From Lama guanicoe (Eukaryota): a stretch of 64,000 bases of DNA. The stretch is taken from positions 7,971,367-8,035,366 of the forward strand of contig MU054220.1 in assembly GCA_013239625.1 (NCBI GenBank). The letters run 5' to 3'. Made by a program: the position numbers and the translations under genes. Shown in pieces: positions 52,075 to 64,000 of this stretch; the first letter of the stretch is position 1; every line of letters begins with the position of its first letter. The notes beneath the pieces are model-generated. The model was given only the letters and a program-made list of their open reading frames with translations, ran no database searches and had not been told where the DNA came from.

Positions 52075-52450
52075 TATTTTTTCAAGCTTTTATGAAAATT
52101 CTCAAAAATATGGAAATTAAAAGGATAGAAGAATAATACACCAATATTTCCACCTTCTAGATCTAACAGTACTTCATATCTTGCTATAATTTCTTCCATT
52201 GTGTGTATGTACAGGTGTGTGTTTATTCTGCTGAGCCACTTCAAGTACATTGTGAACACAGCACAGCTTTCCTAAATATTTCATGTCTTTGAAAAATAAA
52301 AACATTATTTTACAGACACAAAATAATGTTAGCAATAATTCCCTAATGCTTTCTATTGCAGAACTGATATGTAAATATTCCCAATCACACCCAAGTATCC
52401 TTTGTAGTTTTTCTTTTCCACCATTATCTAATCAGAAAACCCAGAACTGT
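52075..52450 (-). mobile_element. Old LINE-1 3' end (L1MC5/L1ME-like)
   Basis: 'ttatgaaaattctcaaaaatat...gctgagccacttcaagta...cctaaatatttcatgtc'. Confidence 0.6.
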
Positions 52451-53234
52451 AAAGCAAGGAGAGAGCTCTTCTAATTCTTAGAATAGTAATCACCCAGTAA
52501 ATTTGGGACACCAGAAAAAAAAACTGACAAAGTTCAAGTGAATGGACAACTTTCTTCACTAAAAGGAGGAAAAATAACACGACCAATGGGTACTATGTCA
52601 TTCTGCCAACTTCAGAAAAAAGTTTATTTACCTGATTCTATAATCAAAAATAAAGGCCTAATAAATCTATGAAACATACTCACAAAGCTTATATTTTGCA
52701 TTTGTTTATTTTGAAAATGTTATGCATTTGTATTTTTCTTATTTTTAAGTGGTACTTACACCGTCTTTCCATAACAAGTAGGAATATATGGGGAAAACAG
52801 AAGGTGACGAACCACTGTAAGGTCTGCTGCTCTATGCTCACTGCACTCCTTGACAATTCAGGTGCCTTTTCAATAAACTAACACCTTTCTACTATTTTAA
52901 TTTCCTGCTTCAAGAAAGCACACTTATTCTTCTAAAAGCAACACTCAGTCTCCACTACTTAACACTGGCCTTGTTTAGGCAAAATGTGAGTTTAGTATTT
53001 CCTAGGAAATAAAATCGAGAGAAATCAAGATTGCTCCATTTAAACTGCACAAATATCTAAGATTATACAGAATGTGTTGGCTTATACTTGTAAAGCGTGA
53101 TTCAATAATTTATCAAAGAGCTACTGGTTCTGTGTTATAATGGTCCCTTAAGATAGAGACATCAGTATCCATTCTACTGTCCAAAGAGAGAAACCTTAGA
53201 CTGGAATTCATGAATCTGTGGATGTTTTCACCAA

Positions 53235-53672
53235 CAGGTCAAAAGATGTATTAGCTACGGGAAGTCAGACACATCCAAAGGTCTGTGCAGATTTAATACA
53301 ATAGGGTTCCATTTCCCCTTTGCACACTGCCAGATGTTGGCATATGCCAGAAGATGCTCCACAGCATTCAAAGACCCAGGCGCCTTGCATAATGGAGGTC
53401 TGCTACTTTCAACAGGTCGTTTCTAGGCAGCAATGGAAGGGGAAAGAGAGGGTGAAGAGAGAGACACAGCTACTTCTAAATCACGCCAGTGTGGACAAAA
53501 AATTTACACATCATATTAGCTCACAATGTTTTGGAAAAAAATTTGGTTCAAAGCCATCTTCTAAGTCAACCCTTAATGTAGCCCCAGCCTGGGTAGTAAC
53601 TTCTCTGAAACATGTCTATGAAAAAGTAGGCAGATTTGAATCTTTGATGGGAAGGTACTAATATCAGCTGCA
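53235..53672 (-). mobile_element. Old MaLR LTR, MLT1K-like
   Basis: 'gctccacagcattcaaagacccagg', 'atgtagccccagcctgggtagtaacttc', 'aatctttgatgggaaggtactaatatc'. Confidence 0.6.
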
Positions 53673-53879
53673 GATGAAAGTCTGAAGAGGTTCAGAAAGT
53701 GCCAGCCTACTTAAGATAGAAGAATTTCCCCACTATCACCAGTAAGAAGTAGACAGTCATACATGAAAATATGTTCACCGTCATGCCTCATACATTTCCT
53801 GTGGAAAGTTTTCCATTTATATTCTATTACTGAAATTTCACAGGAGTAACTCTAAATTTATTCAGTAAATACATCATCA

Positions 53880-54095
53880 TTATTGATTTATGAAGATTTA
53901 CTGTCACATTTCTTATGTACCAGGCATTGTACATAAAAATGCATTTATGTTACTTCATTAAATATTCACAATAACCATAAAAGTGCCATATTCTTCTTTG
54001 CAAATGGGAAAACTAAAGTTGGAGACATTAGACCAATTGTCCAATCTCAGAATACATCTGCTTATGTGATGGAGGATATGGAAGTCAGGCTGCAG
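53880..54095 (-). mobile_element. MIR SINE
   Basis: 'tatgtaccaggcattgta...ttcacaataaccata...tttgcaaatgggaaaactaaag'. Confidence 0.75.
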
Positions 54096-54424
54096 TGAGG
54101 GAAAAAGAAATGAGACATGAGCAGAAGAGGTAGGGAGCATGAACCATTTTTTGAGATATTTAGATTTGATAAAATACAAAGACAAATGATATAACCAGAG
54201 AATATGCAGGGTAAATAATCATTTTTAATAAGAGAAAGGTTGTATGATTAATAGCAGATGGTAAAAAGGCACGTGGAAAGAAAGAATTAAAGGACAATGA
54301 CAAAAGGAAAGAAAGAAGAAAGGTGGAAGATGCTTTCTTGAGAGGGGATGGGAACCAATGCACATATGGAGAATCCACCTTGGTCATGCAGAGAGAGACT
54401 ACTCTTCTTAAAATAAAAAGGAAG

Positions 54425-56638
54425 CTGAAAGCACTCTCTCTAAGATCAGAAACAAGACAAGGATGCCCATTTTCGTCACTTTCATTCAACAGTTTTGGAA
54501 GTCCTAACCACAGCCATGAGAGAAGAAAAAATAAATAAATGAAAGAATCCAAATCAGAAAGGATGAAGTAAAACTGTCACTCCTTGCAGATGACTTGACA
54601 GAAAATTCTAATGATGCCACCAGAAAACTACTAGAGCTCAGCAGTGATTCGGTAAAGTTGCAGGATATGAATTTAATACACAGAAATCTGTTGCATATCT
54701 ATACACTAACAATGAAATACCAGAAAAAGAAATTAAGGAAACAATCCCATTTGCCATCGCATCAGAAAGAATAAAATACCTTGGAATAAAACTACCTAAG
54801 GAGGCAAAAGATCTGTACTCCAAAAACTCCAGGATGCTAATGAAAGAAAATGAAGACAACACAAACAGATGAACAGATACACAGCGTTCCTGGATTGAAA
54901 GAACTAATAATGTTAAAAAGATCATACAACCTAAGGCAGATTCAATGCAATCCTTATCAAATTACCAATAACATTATTCACAAAAAATTTAAAACTTTGT
55001 ATGGAAACACACACAAACACACACACACACACAAACCAAATAGCCAAGACAATCTTGAGAAAGAAGAACAGAGCTGGAGGTATCACACTTTCTCACTTTA
55101 CAAAGCTACAGTAATCAAAACAATATGGTACTGGCACAAAAAATAGACACATAGATCAATGGAACAGGGTAGAAAGCTCAGAAATAAACCCACACACGTA
55201 TGGCCAATTAATCTATGATAAAGGAGGCAAGAGTATACAATGGAGAAAAGACAGTCTCTTCAACAAGTGATGCTGGGAAAACTGGACAGCCACATGAAAA
55301 AGAATGAAATTAGAACATTTTCTAACATCACATAAAAAAAATGAACTCAAAATGGATTAAAGACCTAAATGAAAGATCAGATACTATCAAACTCCTAGAA
55401 AAAGACATAGGTAGAACACTCTTTGACATAAATCACAGCAATATTTTGGGGCTTCATTCCCAAGAGTAATAGAAGCAAAAGCAAAAACAAACAAATGGGA
55501 CCTAATTAAACTTGAGAGCTTTTGCACAGTAAAGGAAATCATAAACAAAATGAAAAGACAACCTATGGAATGGGAGAAAATATTTGCAAATGATGTGACC
55601 AACAGGGGACTAATTTCCAAAATATACAGCTTAAACAGCTCAATAGTGGAAATATAAACAACCCAATTAAAAAAATAGGCCAAAGAAGACCTAAAAAGAC
55701 ATTTCTCCACAGAAGACATACAGATGGCCATCAGGCACATGAAAAGATGCTCAACGTGGCTAATTATTAGAGAAATGCAAATCAAAACTACAATGAGGTG
55801 CCGCCTCACACTTGTCAGAATGGCCATCATCAAAAGGTCTACAAATAATAAATGCTAGAGAGGATGTGGAAAAAAGAGAGCTCTTCTACACTGTTGGTGG
55901 GAATGTAAATTGGTGCAGCCACTGTGGGAAACAGTATAATAGTTCCTTAAAAAACTGAAAATACAGTTGCTGTGTGATCCAGCAATCACATTCCTGGGCA
56001 TATATCTGGAAAAAACAAAAATTCTACTTTGAAAAGATAGAGGCACCCACTGTTCACAGCAGCAGTATTTACAATAGCCAAGACATGGAAACAACCTAAA
56101 TGTCCATCAACAGGTGCATGGATAAAGAATATGTCACACACACAATGGAGTATTACTCAGCCATAAAAAAGAATGAAATAATGCCATCTCCAGCAACATG
56201 GACGGACCTAGAGATTATCTTACTATGTGAAGTCAGTCAGACAGAGAAAGACATCGTATATCATTTATATCTAGAATCTGAAAAAAAAATTATACAGATG
56301 AACTTGTATACAAAACAGAACTAGACTCATAGACATAAAAAACAAACTTAACGGCTACCAAAGGGGAAAGAGGGGAGAGGGATAAATTAGAAATTTGGGA
56401 TTAACAGATACACAGTACTATATATAAAATAAATAGCCAGAACCTACTATTATAGCACAGGGAATTGTATTCAATATCTTATAATAACCTATAATGGAAA
56501 AGAGTCTGAAAAAGAACATATGTTCTTCTATATATATATACACACACATGAATATGAAAATATATATATTAATCACTTTGCTGTACACCAAAACATTATA
56601 AATCAACTATGCTTCAATTAATAAGGAAAGAAAAAATT
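54425..56638 (+). mobile_element. 5'-truncated artiodactyl-type LINE-1 (RT C-terminal half to 3' end), inserted in an L2 relic
   Basis: [42 protein letters not shown] aaaataaaaaggaag (54410-54424) / aaaatgaaaaggaag (56639-56653) at a TT/AAAA site. Confidence 0.95.
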
Positions 56639-57249
56639 AAAATGAAAAGGAAGGAGGGAAGTTTGGGTATCAAAGCAGGGCTGGTGTTGTGTTTGGAGCA
56701 GGGGAGGCTGAAAGTGAAGGGATTTTATACCTGGCTGAGCTGGTGCTTTGAGCACATGCTTTATCATTTACCTAACATTGCTTGTACTATTTTGTTGTTG
56801 CTGTTGAACACGTGGAAGGCATTACCATAAGAGGTATAGAAAATATGTCCTGCTCATCTGTTTCATCCACATTCTTTGCTCCTACATTTGTAAATACTAA
56901 TGACTGTGAATATTAAAATAGGAAGTATATTTAAAATGGAATGCTTTAATAATGTGCTTCAGATTTAAAAATTAAACTAAGTTACAATTCCTCTTCACAT
57001 TTTGTTCAAAGAAGTAGAATCTTATTCTGTAAAGTTGGCATAATTATTAAATATTTTATTGATTTTTTCCATTCAAAATGTTCTTTATTAATTGTGCTAA
57101 AATCTTTGTATTTTAGTTTCATTGAAATGTTTGATTTCCTCACTAGAAGAATCCCTTCTGCAACAAAAACAGAGCACGCACACACTGTGCTGTAGCTTTT
57201 ACAAAATATCTTTGTTAGTAAAAAAAGAATTACAGCTAACACTTATCTT

Positions 57250-57400
57250 CTTGTAAGCAGTTTTATTAGTACATTACATCTGCCAATTTACATCACATTC
57301 ACAACCACCCTATGAGGTAAATGTTAATATTTTTCTCATTTTGCAGATAAAGAAACTAGATAGAGAAAATATAATCAGTGGCCTGGGAGTCTACCTTTCC
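57250..57400 (-). mobile_element. MIR SINE
   Basis: 'tcacaaccaccctatgaggta...cattttgcagataaagaaact'. Confidence 0.75.
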
Positions 57401-58244
57401 TGACCTTAGATTTTTTTCTAGACTAGCTTCATGTAATGAATCAATAATTTTTCGTTGCATAAGCTAGTTTGAGTTACATTCTGTACTTTCCAATTTAAAA
57501 AATGCTGATGGAGCTACCCTACAGTAGTACAGATCACTAGGTAACACTGTCCATTCTCTCACGGCTACCCATGCCTCAGGGGAATATGCAGATGACCCCC
57601 TGTGATATCCCCTTTTCCTCTCTCACTCCCTTGACTCCCACATAGTAAGCAGAATGACTCCCCAGAGCTCTGGGCTTCTAATTATTTCCCCTGGATAGCC
57701 TATCAGTGAAACTGATACACCTACATCTTGTCACTCCAATTCTCATGAATACCCCAAATTGCTGGTTAATATCTAATGAATTCTTCATCACCATCAACAA
57801 CATCTAATCTCTTCTTTGGATCTCCTTTGCTTTTACAAAAATATAACTTCATTTTATCTTGCTTTGAAAACACCTATTCCCACCAAAGATGGAAGAATGG
57901 GCAGATGGGGAGAAAGAGAAAACAGAATCTTTGGTTTTGGCAATTAACGTATGAGTACCGATGGAACTTATATTCCAGTGAGTTTACATTCTGGTTAGCT
58001 TGTTTTGCTATAGGCAAATTCAAACATGAGAAAGCATTTTAGAGTCTTTGTAATACAGTAATGGTGTAATATATGATGGGGCAATTATCTATGGATCATG
58101 TAATTTATTTTCAGCATTTGTGACTAAATTTTAAAAATTAAGTTTCCTTCAAAGAAATCAAGTGTGACATATTGGGAAGAAAGGAGGACATTATAAAGAG
58201 AGGAATGAGGATAACTGAGGCTATTTCTGGCTTGACTCAAAACT

Positions 58245-60075
58245 GATTTGATGGACAAATAACTTGAATAGACCTTTCTCCAAAGAAGACATACAAATGG
58301 ATACCAAGTATATGAAAAGGTGCTCAACATGACTAAGTATAATGAAAACATAGATCAAAACCACAATAAAACATCACCTCAAATCTGTTAGTATGGCTAT
58401 TACTAAAAAAAAGATAACAAATATTGGCATGAGTGTGAAAAAAAGGGAACACTATACACTATTAATGAGAATGTAGACTGGATGCAGAATGGTATAGCCA
58501 CTATGGAAAACAGTATGGCGGTTCCTCAAAAAATTAAAATTAGAACTACCAGATGATTCACCAACCCAACTTCTGGATATATATCCAAAAAACTGAAATT
58601 AGGATCCCAAAGAGATGTCTGCACCCCATGTTCATTGCAGCAATATTCATAATACCAAGGTAAGGAAACAATCAAAATGTTGATCAACAGATGAGTGTAT
58701 AAAGAAAATGCCATATATACATACAATGAAATACTATTCAGCCTTAAAAAAGGAAATCCTACCATTTGTGATAACATGGATGAACCTAGAAGATACAACA
58801 TTATACTAAGTTAAATAAGCTAGTCACAAAAGGACAAACACAGCATAACTGCACTTATATGAGGTATTTAAAATAGTCAAACTCATAGAAGCAGAGATTA
58901 GAATGGTTTTTGCAAGGGGTCAGAAGAGGGGGAAATGGGCATTTGTTTTTCAATGGGTATAACATTTCAGTTATGCAAGATGATTAAGTTCTAGAGATTT
59001 GCTGTATCACGCAGTACCTGTTACTAACTATACAGCATGATACACTTTAAAATATGTTTAGAGACTTCCGCAATGTTGGCAGGAATGCAAATTAGTACAG
59101 CCACTATGGAAAACAGTATGGAAGTTCTTCAACAAAATTAAAAATAGAACCACAATATGATCCAGCAATCCCACTTCTGGGTATATATCCAGAGGAAATT
59201 AAATCACTATCTTAAAGAGATATCTGGACCTCGATGTTTATTGCAGCATTATTTACAGTATCCAAGGTATGGGACACCCTAAGTGTCCATGGAAGTACAA
59301 GTTCATAAAGAAAATTATATATCTGCATATAAAATATGAATTTATACGTATGAATTATATATAGATTATGTAAATATTACTCAGCCATAATAAAGAAGGA
59401 AATTCTGCCTTTTGCAACAACATGGATAGACTTTGTGGATATATTCTGGTAAGTGAAGTAAGTCAGACAGAGAAAGATAAATACTGTATGTTTTTCCTTA
59501 TATATGGAATCGAACAATTGAGCTCATAGTAACAGAGAACAGAATGGCAGTTGCCAGAAGCTAGGGATGGGGGAAAATTAGGAGATGTTGGTCAAAGGGT
59601 ACATACTTCTCGCTACAAGATGAGTAAGTTCTGTGGATATAAGGTACAGCATAATGCCTATAATTGATAGTGCTGTATTATATTCTTGAAATTTATTAAG
59701 ATAGTAAATCTTGAATGTATCACTATAAAAAATTGTAATTACATGAGGGAATGGACGTGTTAACTGACCTTACGGTGGTATCTGTTTTGGCAATATATAC
59801 ACGCATGGACTCATCACATTATACACTGAAACTTATATGTTATATGTCAATATCTGTATGAAGCTGGAAAAAATAAAATACATTTAGAGGATAGATCTCA
59901 TGTTAAGTGTTCTTATCACCAAATACACACGCAAGAACAGAAAGAAATCTGAGAAGGTAACTGATAGGTTTAATACCTTGATTGTGGTGCTGACATCATG
60001 GGTGTTTCTACACGTCCAAACTCACCAAGATGTATACATTAAATGTGTGCAGTTTTTTGTGTATCCATGATACAT
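58245..60075 (+). mobile_element. Old LINE-1 3' portion (L1MA10/L1MB-like), split by a nested L1
   Basis: 'tgaatagacctttctccaaagaagacatacaaatgg' to 59063; resumes at 59890 with 'gatagatctcatgttaagtgttctta...ccttgattgtggtg...gtatacattaaatgtgtgcag'. Confidence 0.88.
59064..59874 (+). mobile_element. Nested LINE-1 3' fragment (L1MA9-like)
   Basis: 'gatgttggtcaaagggtaca...aagctggaaaaaat'. TSD aaaatatgtttagag (59049-59063) / aaaatacatttagag (59875-59889). Confidence 0.88.
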
Positions 60076-60379
60076 CAGCAGATGTATGTTTGAGCTCAGT
60101 TGATCATGTGAAGTCAAGTTGTGTTCTCAGCTTTCTTTCTTTTTTTTAATTTTCACAGTATTTGCCAGAAAATACACAATTACTTTTGTCATGTTTTTGG
60201 CTGTTCCGTTCCAGTGTTGAGCAATTCCCGTGTCCTAAGAAGTCAGCATTGGTAGTGAGAACAAGTGGGAACCAGAACCTCTGGACTGTAATCACTCATA
60301 CTGCAACACTAAGAGAGGCATCCTGCAATCCCGTTTGTCATCATGTGCCAGGCTACCAAGAGAGCCAAGTCTTGTCATT

Positions 60380-60445
60380 CAGATGCTCTCAGCTGCAATG
60401 AATTGTGACAGTTTACGCAACCCATTGTATGGGAGGGAGCATCTG
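60380..60445. other. 66-nt imperfect inverted repeat, possibly a Tigger-derived MITE
   Basis: Arms cagatgctctc / gggagcatctg, tgcaatg / cattgta and ttgtg / cgcaa. Ends resemble the recalled Tigger5/MER47B TIR CAGATGCTCC. Confidence 0.5.
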
Positions 60446-61209
60446 TTTTCACCATGTTCTACATAATTAGGCTCTCTGCCACTTTTCAGAGGTTTTAGGT
60501 TTATCAACAACATTCAAACCTAAGAAAGCGACATGCTCTGCACTGGATCTTGATTGTCTTCACTACATAACAAAAATGGAATCAAAGGTGTAAGGCAGCA
60601 GTAATTTGTCGGTGTCTATTACCCCTAAGTTGAGAAAGTCAAATGTTTTATAGCTTTTCATTTTGGGGATGTATAAACTGAGATCTCCAATTTTCAGAAT
60701 TCTTCAGAATCATAGTTTTTCCTGTAGTATCTATACTTTCTATTGAAAGATCAAGTTAAATGTTAACTTTTATCAAAAATATTGGACTTCACTCATTAAA
60801 GAAGTGTTTGATGTTCTTCTGCCAGCTGTCAGACATTATCCTAAACTTCCAAACAAAGTAGTGCAAGAAAACAAGCAAGATTTCTAGCAGAGGAGACGGA
60901 GACAATGAACTGGGAGGATCCTAATGTCAGACAGTCACGTATAACTAGGCATGGAACGAAACAAAGAAGAAATCAACTGCTCTGTGGGTGTTGGGAGGTT
61001 CCTTTAGATGAAGTAAGAGAAAATAATTACCTGAAGTGGTAACATTTGAGAAGGAACCAACAAAGACAGTATCCGGGAGAAAAGCATCCCTTTTAGGAAG
61101 GGGCAGAAAGGGCAAAAATGAGAATGAGCTGCACACGACCAACAGAAAGAACGCCAGTGTGACTGGCCCGATCGTTGCTGGTGAGAGATTGACAGAACAA
61201 GATCAAATG

Positions 61210-61620
61210 GATGGGCAAGACTCATGTCCTATTCAGTCTTTTGTTGGGCTTTGATAAGGAATTTTTAATTATATCTTAAGTGCATGAAGAAGCCATTACA
61301 AGACTGCAGGTGGAAGCATTTGGTGACATTTATTTATGAAGGTAACTACTACATGACGGCAAGAGAGGCTCCTTGGAGCAGTAAGAGAGTCTGTTGTAAT
61401 AGGGTGGGAGATGTCAGTAGCTTGTGCTGAAGTGGTAGCTATGAACTTGGAAATATGAAATAAGAAATCTGAAATACATTATGTATCAGGAGACAGAACC
61501 AACAGCTTGCTAATAGATTAAATGTGGTATGTGAAGGAAAGTGAAAAATTAAAGACGACCCCCTAGATTTTGGTTTCAGCAAGTGGGTCTTTACTCTGAT
61601 GGAGAAGTTAAGGCAAAGAG
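61210..61620 (-). mobile_element. L2 LINE relic
   Basis: 'gacagaaccaacagcttgctaatagattaaatgtgg...aaagacgaccccctagattttggtttcagcaagtggg'. Confidence 0.75.
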
Positions 61621-62196
61621 GGTTTTAAGAATGAATAAGTGAATAAATGGAGCCATTGATGTTTTATATGGGATCTTAGTAAAATAAGTTCAATATACAG
61701 ATCTTCAAACTTCCACCTGAGAGGAACTAAATTTAAACCATATCAACACAGGTCTATGAACTTCATTATAGTGTTGGTGCAGAATAATAAGAAAAATAGT
61801 TAATACACTTGGCACAGCTTCACAGTAAAGATGACCTTTCTCGGGAGACATACCCTGTTAGGAGCCATTGATTTTTCTCTGTCCGAAAGTTAACAGGGAT
61901 ATAGGAGCTGGCATTATTTCTAAAATTAAATATTTAAAATCTGGCATTTCAAAGAGTACAATTTCCTACTTAAGGATAATAATAAAAATGTTTCCAAGTA
62001 TTTTAATACTCTTAAGCTGAAGATCAGGAATTATCATCCATGGATCAAAATGAATCTGTTTCTTTTATCTTATAGACTCAGAGATACCTTTGCAGTATTC
62101 TGAAAATTCATAGAAATTTCACCTTCTCCAATTTCAACTGTTTTGACTTCAAATCACAGAATTAAAATTATGCATAATAAGAGCATAAGAAGTGTC

Positions 62197-62208
62197 ATAA
62201 TAATGATG

Positions 62209-62248
<40 letters not shown>
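62197..62248. repeat. (AAT)n trinucleotide repeat; 12 perfect units at 62211-62246
   Basis: Read directly from the sequence. Confidence 0.95.
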
Positions 62249-62250
<2 letters not shown>

Positions 62251-62999
62251 GCAGAGACTAGGAATTACCATATCATCCTTTCTTGAGAAAACAGAAGAAT
62301 GAAAACGAGGTCACGACTGAATAAACAGTCAGCACAAAAGATCCACCAACATTAATGGATGATTTAATATATCGTAGGTAATGTTTAAAGGAATATTTAA
62401 AGCATGGCTGATTTGTTAATTTTTTCACAAATTTAAACAAGCTAAGTCATATGATTTACTCACGTTACAAATATACACTAAACACAGTTTCACATATCTG
62501 GCAAGAGAGCGTACCTGTACTCCTCACTATGTTTACGAAAAGGCAGAATATATTTAGTTTGGCCAACCCTCCAAACAATCAGACCTAACTTCAGGTGGGA
62601 GGCATAATTGGGGGAGTTGTTTGCACTGTGGAAGAAAGCTAACATGTTGAGCCCTAGGAGGAAAGATAGAAGGCTAAACTTTTAATACGTGACTGATGTA
62701 ATCATAGGTGTTCGCTTAAAAGAGAAGCTTGGACATGAAGGGAAGGAAGGATCCAGGCAATAGAAATTATATTGTGTGTATGTGTGAAGTGGCAAAGGTT
62801 TCTAAATTTGGGAGCAGAGTGGCTACTAAGGGAAAAGCTTCAGTACAGGGAGAGAGGCAAATTTTTTTTTTAAAGTTAGTTGTTTTATGCAAATAAGCAA
62901 CAACTTTCAGGAGCTATTACTATTTAAGCAGACTAGGAGTTACCAGGTAAATTAGGTACCGGAGGAGTATTTCTATGAAGTCACTTGCAATGGTACAGA

Positions 63000-63290
63000 G
63001 CACCCTGATTAAAAGTAAAAAGGGATTTCCATAAAGCTTAATCATGATACAATGTGTACAAGAGTAGGAATAACCTAGAATATTCCAGGCAGAGGGATCT
63101 GAAATGACAAAGTCAGAGGAGCATGAAATTAAATGTGATTGCAGGGGTCTATAAACTTTATAAAAAATCGGTTTGAATTTTTAAATTGAGAGATGATCGG
63201 AAAGAGAAAAGTTTAGAGAAGTAGGTTGGGAACTGTTTATAGGAGTGTTTTAAAACCACAACAATGATAGATAGCATTTGCTTTAGGCAA
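63000..63290 (-). mobile_element. L2 fragment
   Basis: 'gaatattccaggcagagggatctgaaatgacaaag'. Confidence 0.5.
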
Positions 63291-63639
63291 ATAATTTTCT
63301 AAAACCCTTAGTAAGTATTCTAAATGGATTAACTTAAGAACCTTAACAGCAGCCTGGTGTCCATAGCTGTTGGGTACACTGCGTGTGTGAGTGTGTAAAG
63401 TGATTTGTTAGGTTATGCTATTGAAATCTATCTTTCTTGGGTTGTTCTTAGTCAGTTATAGATTCATAGTTATATTCATTGCTTGTTCTGTCAGTTACAG
63501 AGAGAAACATGAACAATATCTCATTATAGATACATTTTGTCAAGTTATAAACATATTTTGTTATATTTTAAAAAATATTCAGAGACTATATCACCAGGTG
63601 CATGTGCATTTTTAAACTATAAATATATAGCTGGTGAAT

Positions 63640-64000
63640 TTAAACTCTTTACCTGCAGAAAGTGATCCTCTTGATTTATAGTAAGGTTCTATTCTATAAA
63701 TATTATTTTATCTGACACTAATAAAGCAATTCAAACATTATTTTGTTTATCCATTCCTGGGTTAAGGTGTAACTTCATTTCACTTAAAAATGTGTGTGTG
63801 TGTCTGTTATCTTTATCTCTTGAAAGCAGTATATAGTTGGACTTTTGCTTTGTGATAACCTTTGTAATCTTTTTAATCAGAAGATGTAATCTGTTTATAG
63901 TAATATAATTTTTCATATATTTTTGATAATTATCATCATATATTGTGCTTTCTGTATGTTTATTTTTCTCTCCTTTTTGCCTTCCTTTTTTGTTGATTAA
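63640..64000 (-). mobile_element. Old LINE-1 relic near the ORF2 start (endonuclease region); runs off the window
   Basis: 'tctcttgaaagcagtatatagttggac...tttgtaatctttttaat' is the typical antisense signature of the decayed ICCLQET region of L1M elements. Confidence 0.6.

Noticed and set aside
55387..55833. 148-aa minus-strand ORF ([22 protein letters not shown]...)
   Set aside because: Common antisense reading frame of the L1 ORF2 3' region; a similar one occurs at 46612-46806.
1..64000. CRISPR array, operon, defence system, tRNA/rRNA or other novel multi-gene system
   Set aside because: The sequence is mammalian non-coding DNA. I saw no spaced direct-repeat array, no RNA gene and no intact coding sequence on either strand.

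Overview
AT-rich mammalian non-coding DNA (intronic or intergenic), most likely from a camelid. The evidence for that is the artiodactyl/camelid-type young LINE-1 3' ends and the absence of any Alu, BovB/Bov-tA, PRE-1 or CHR SINE that I could recognise. I found no intact protein-coding gene, RNA gene or CRISPR array. The ORFs in the track are decayed LINE-1 or ERV sequence, or chance ORFs. Much of the window is interspersed repeat: two young 5'-truncated L1s with target-site duplications (TSDs), older L1M fragments (one nested in another), many L2 and MIR relics, several MLT1 LTRs including a two-LTR MLT1F provirus, an ERV1 solo LTR, a deleted ERV-L provirus with pol remnants, hAT DNA transposons and microsatellites. 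I cannot support a novel biological system here. The best second-look items are a very short twin-priming L1 inversion, the ERV-L relic, a 20-bp perfect palindrome in an LTR, a CpG-retaining unique patch, a 66-nt hairpin, a duplicated microsatellite and two microexon-shaped segments. Repeat subfamily names come from my recall of consensus sequences, not a database search, and boundaries of old repeats are approximate.
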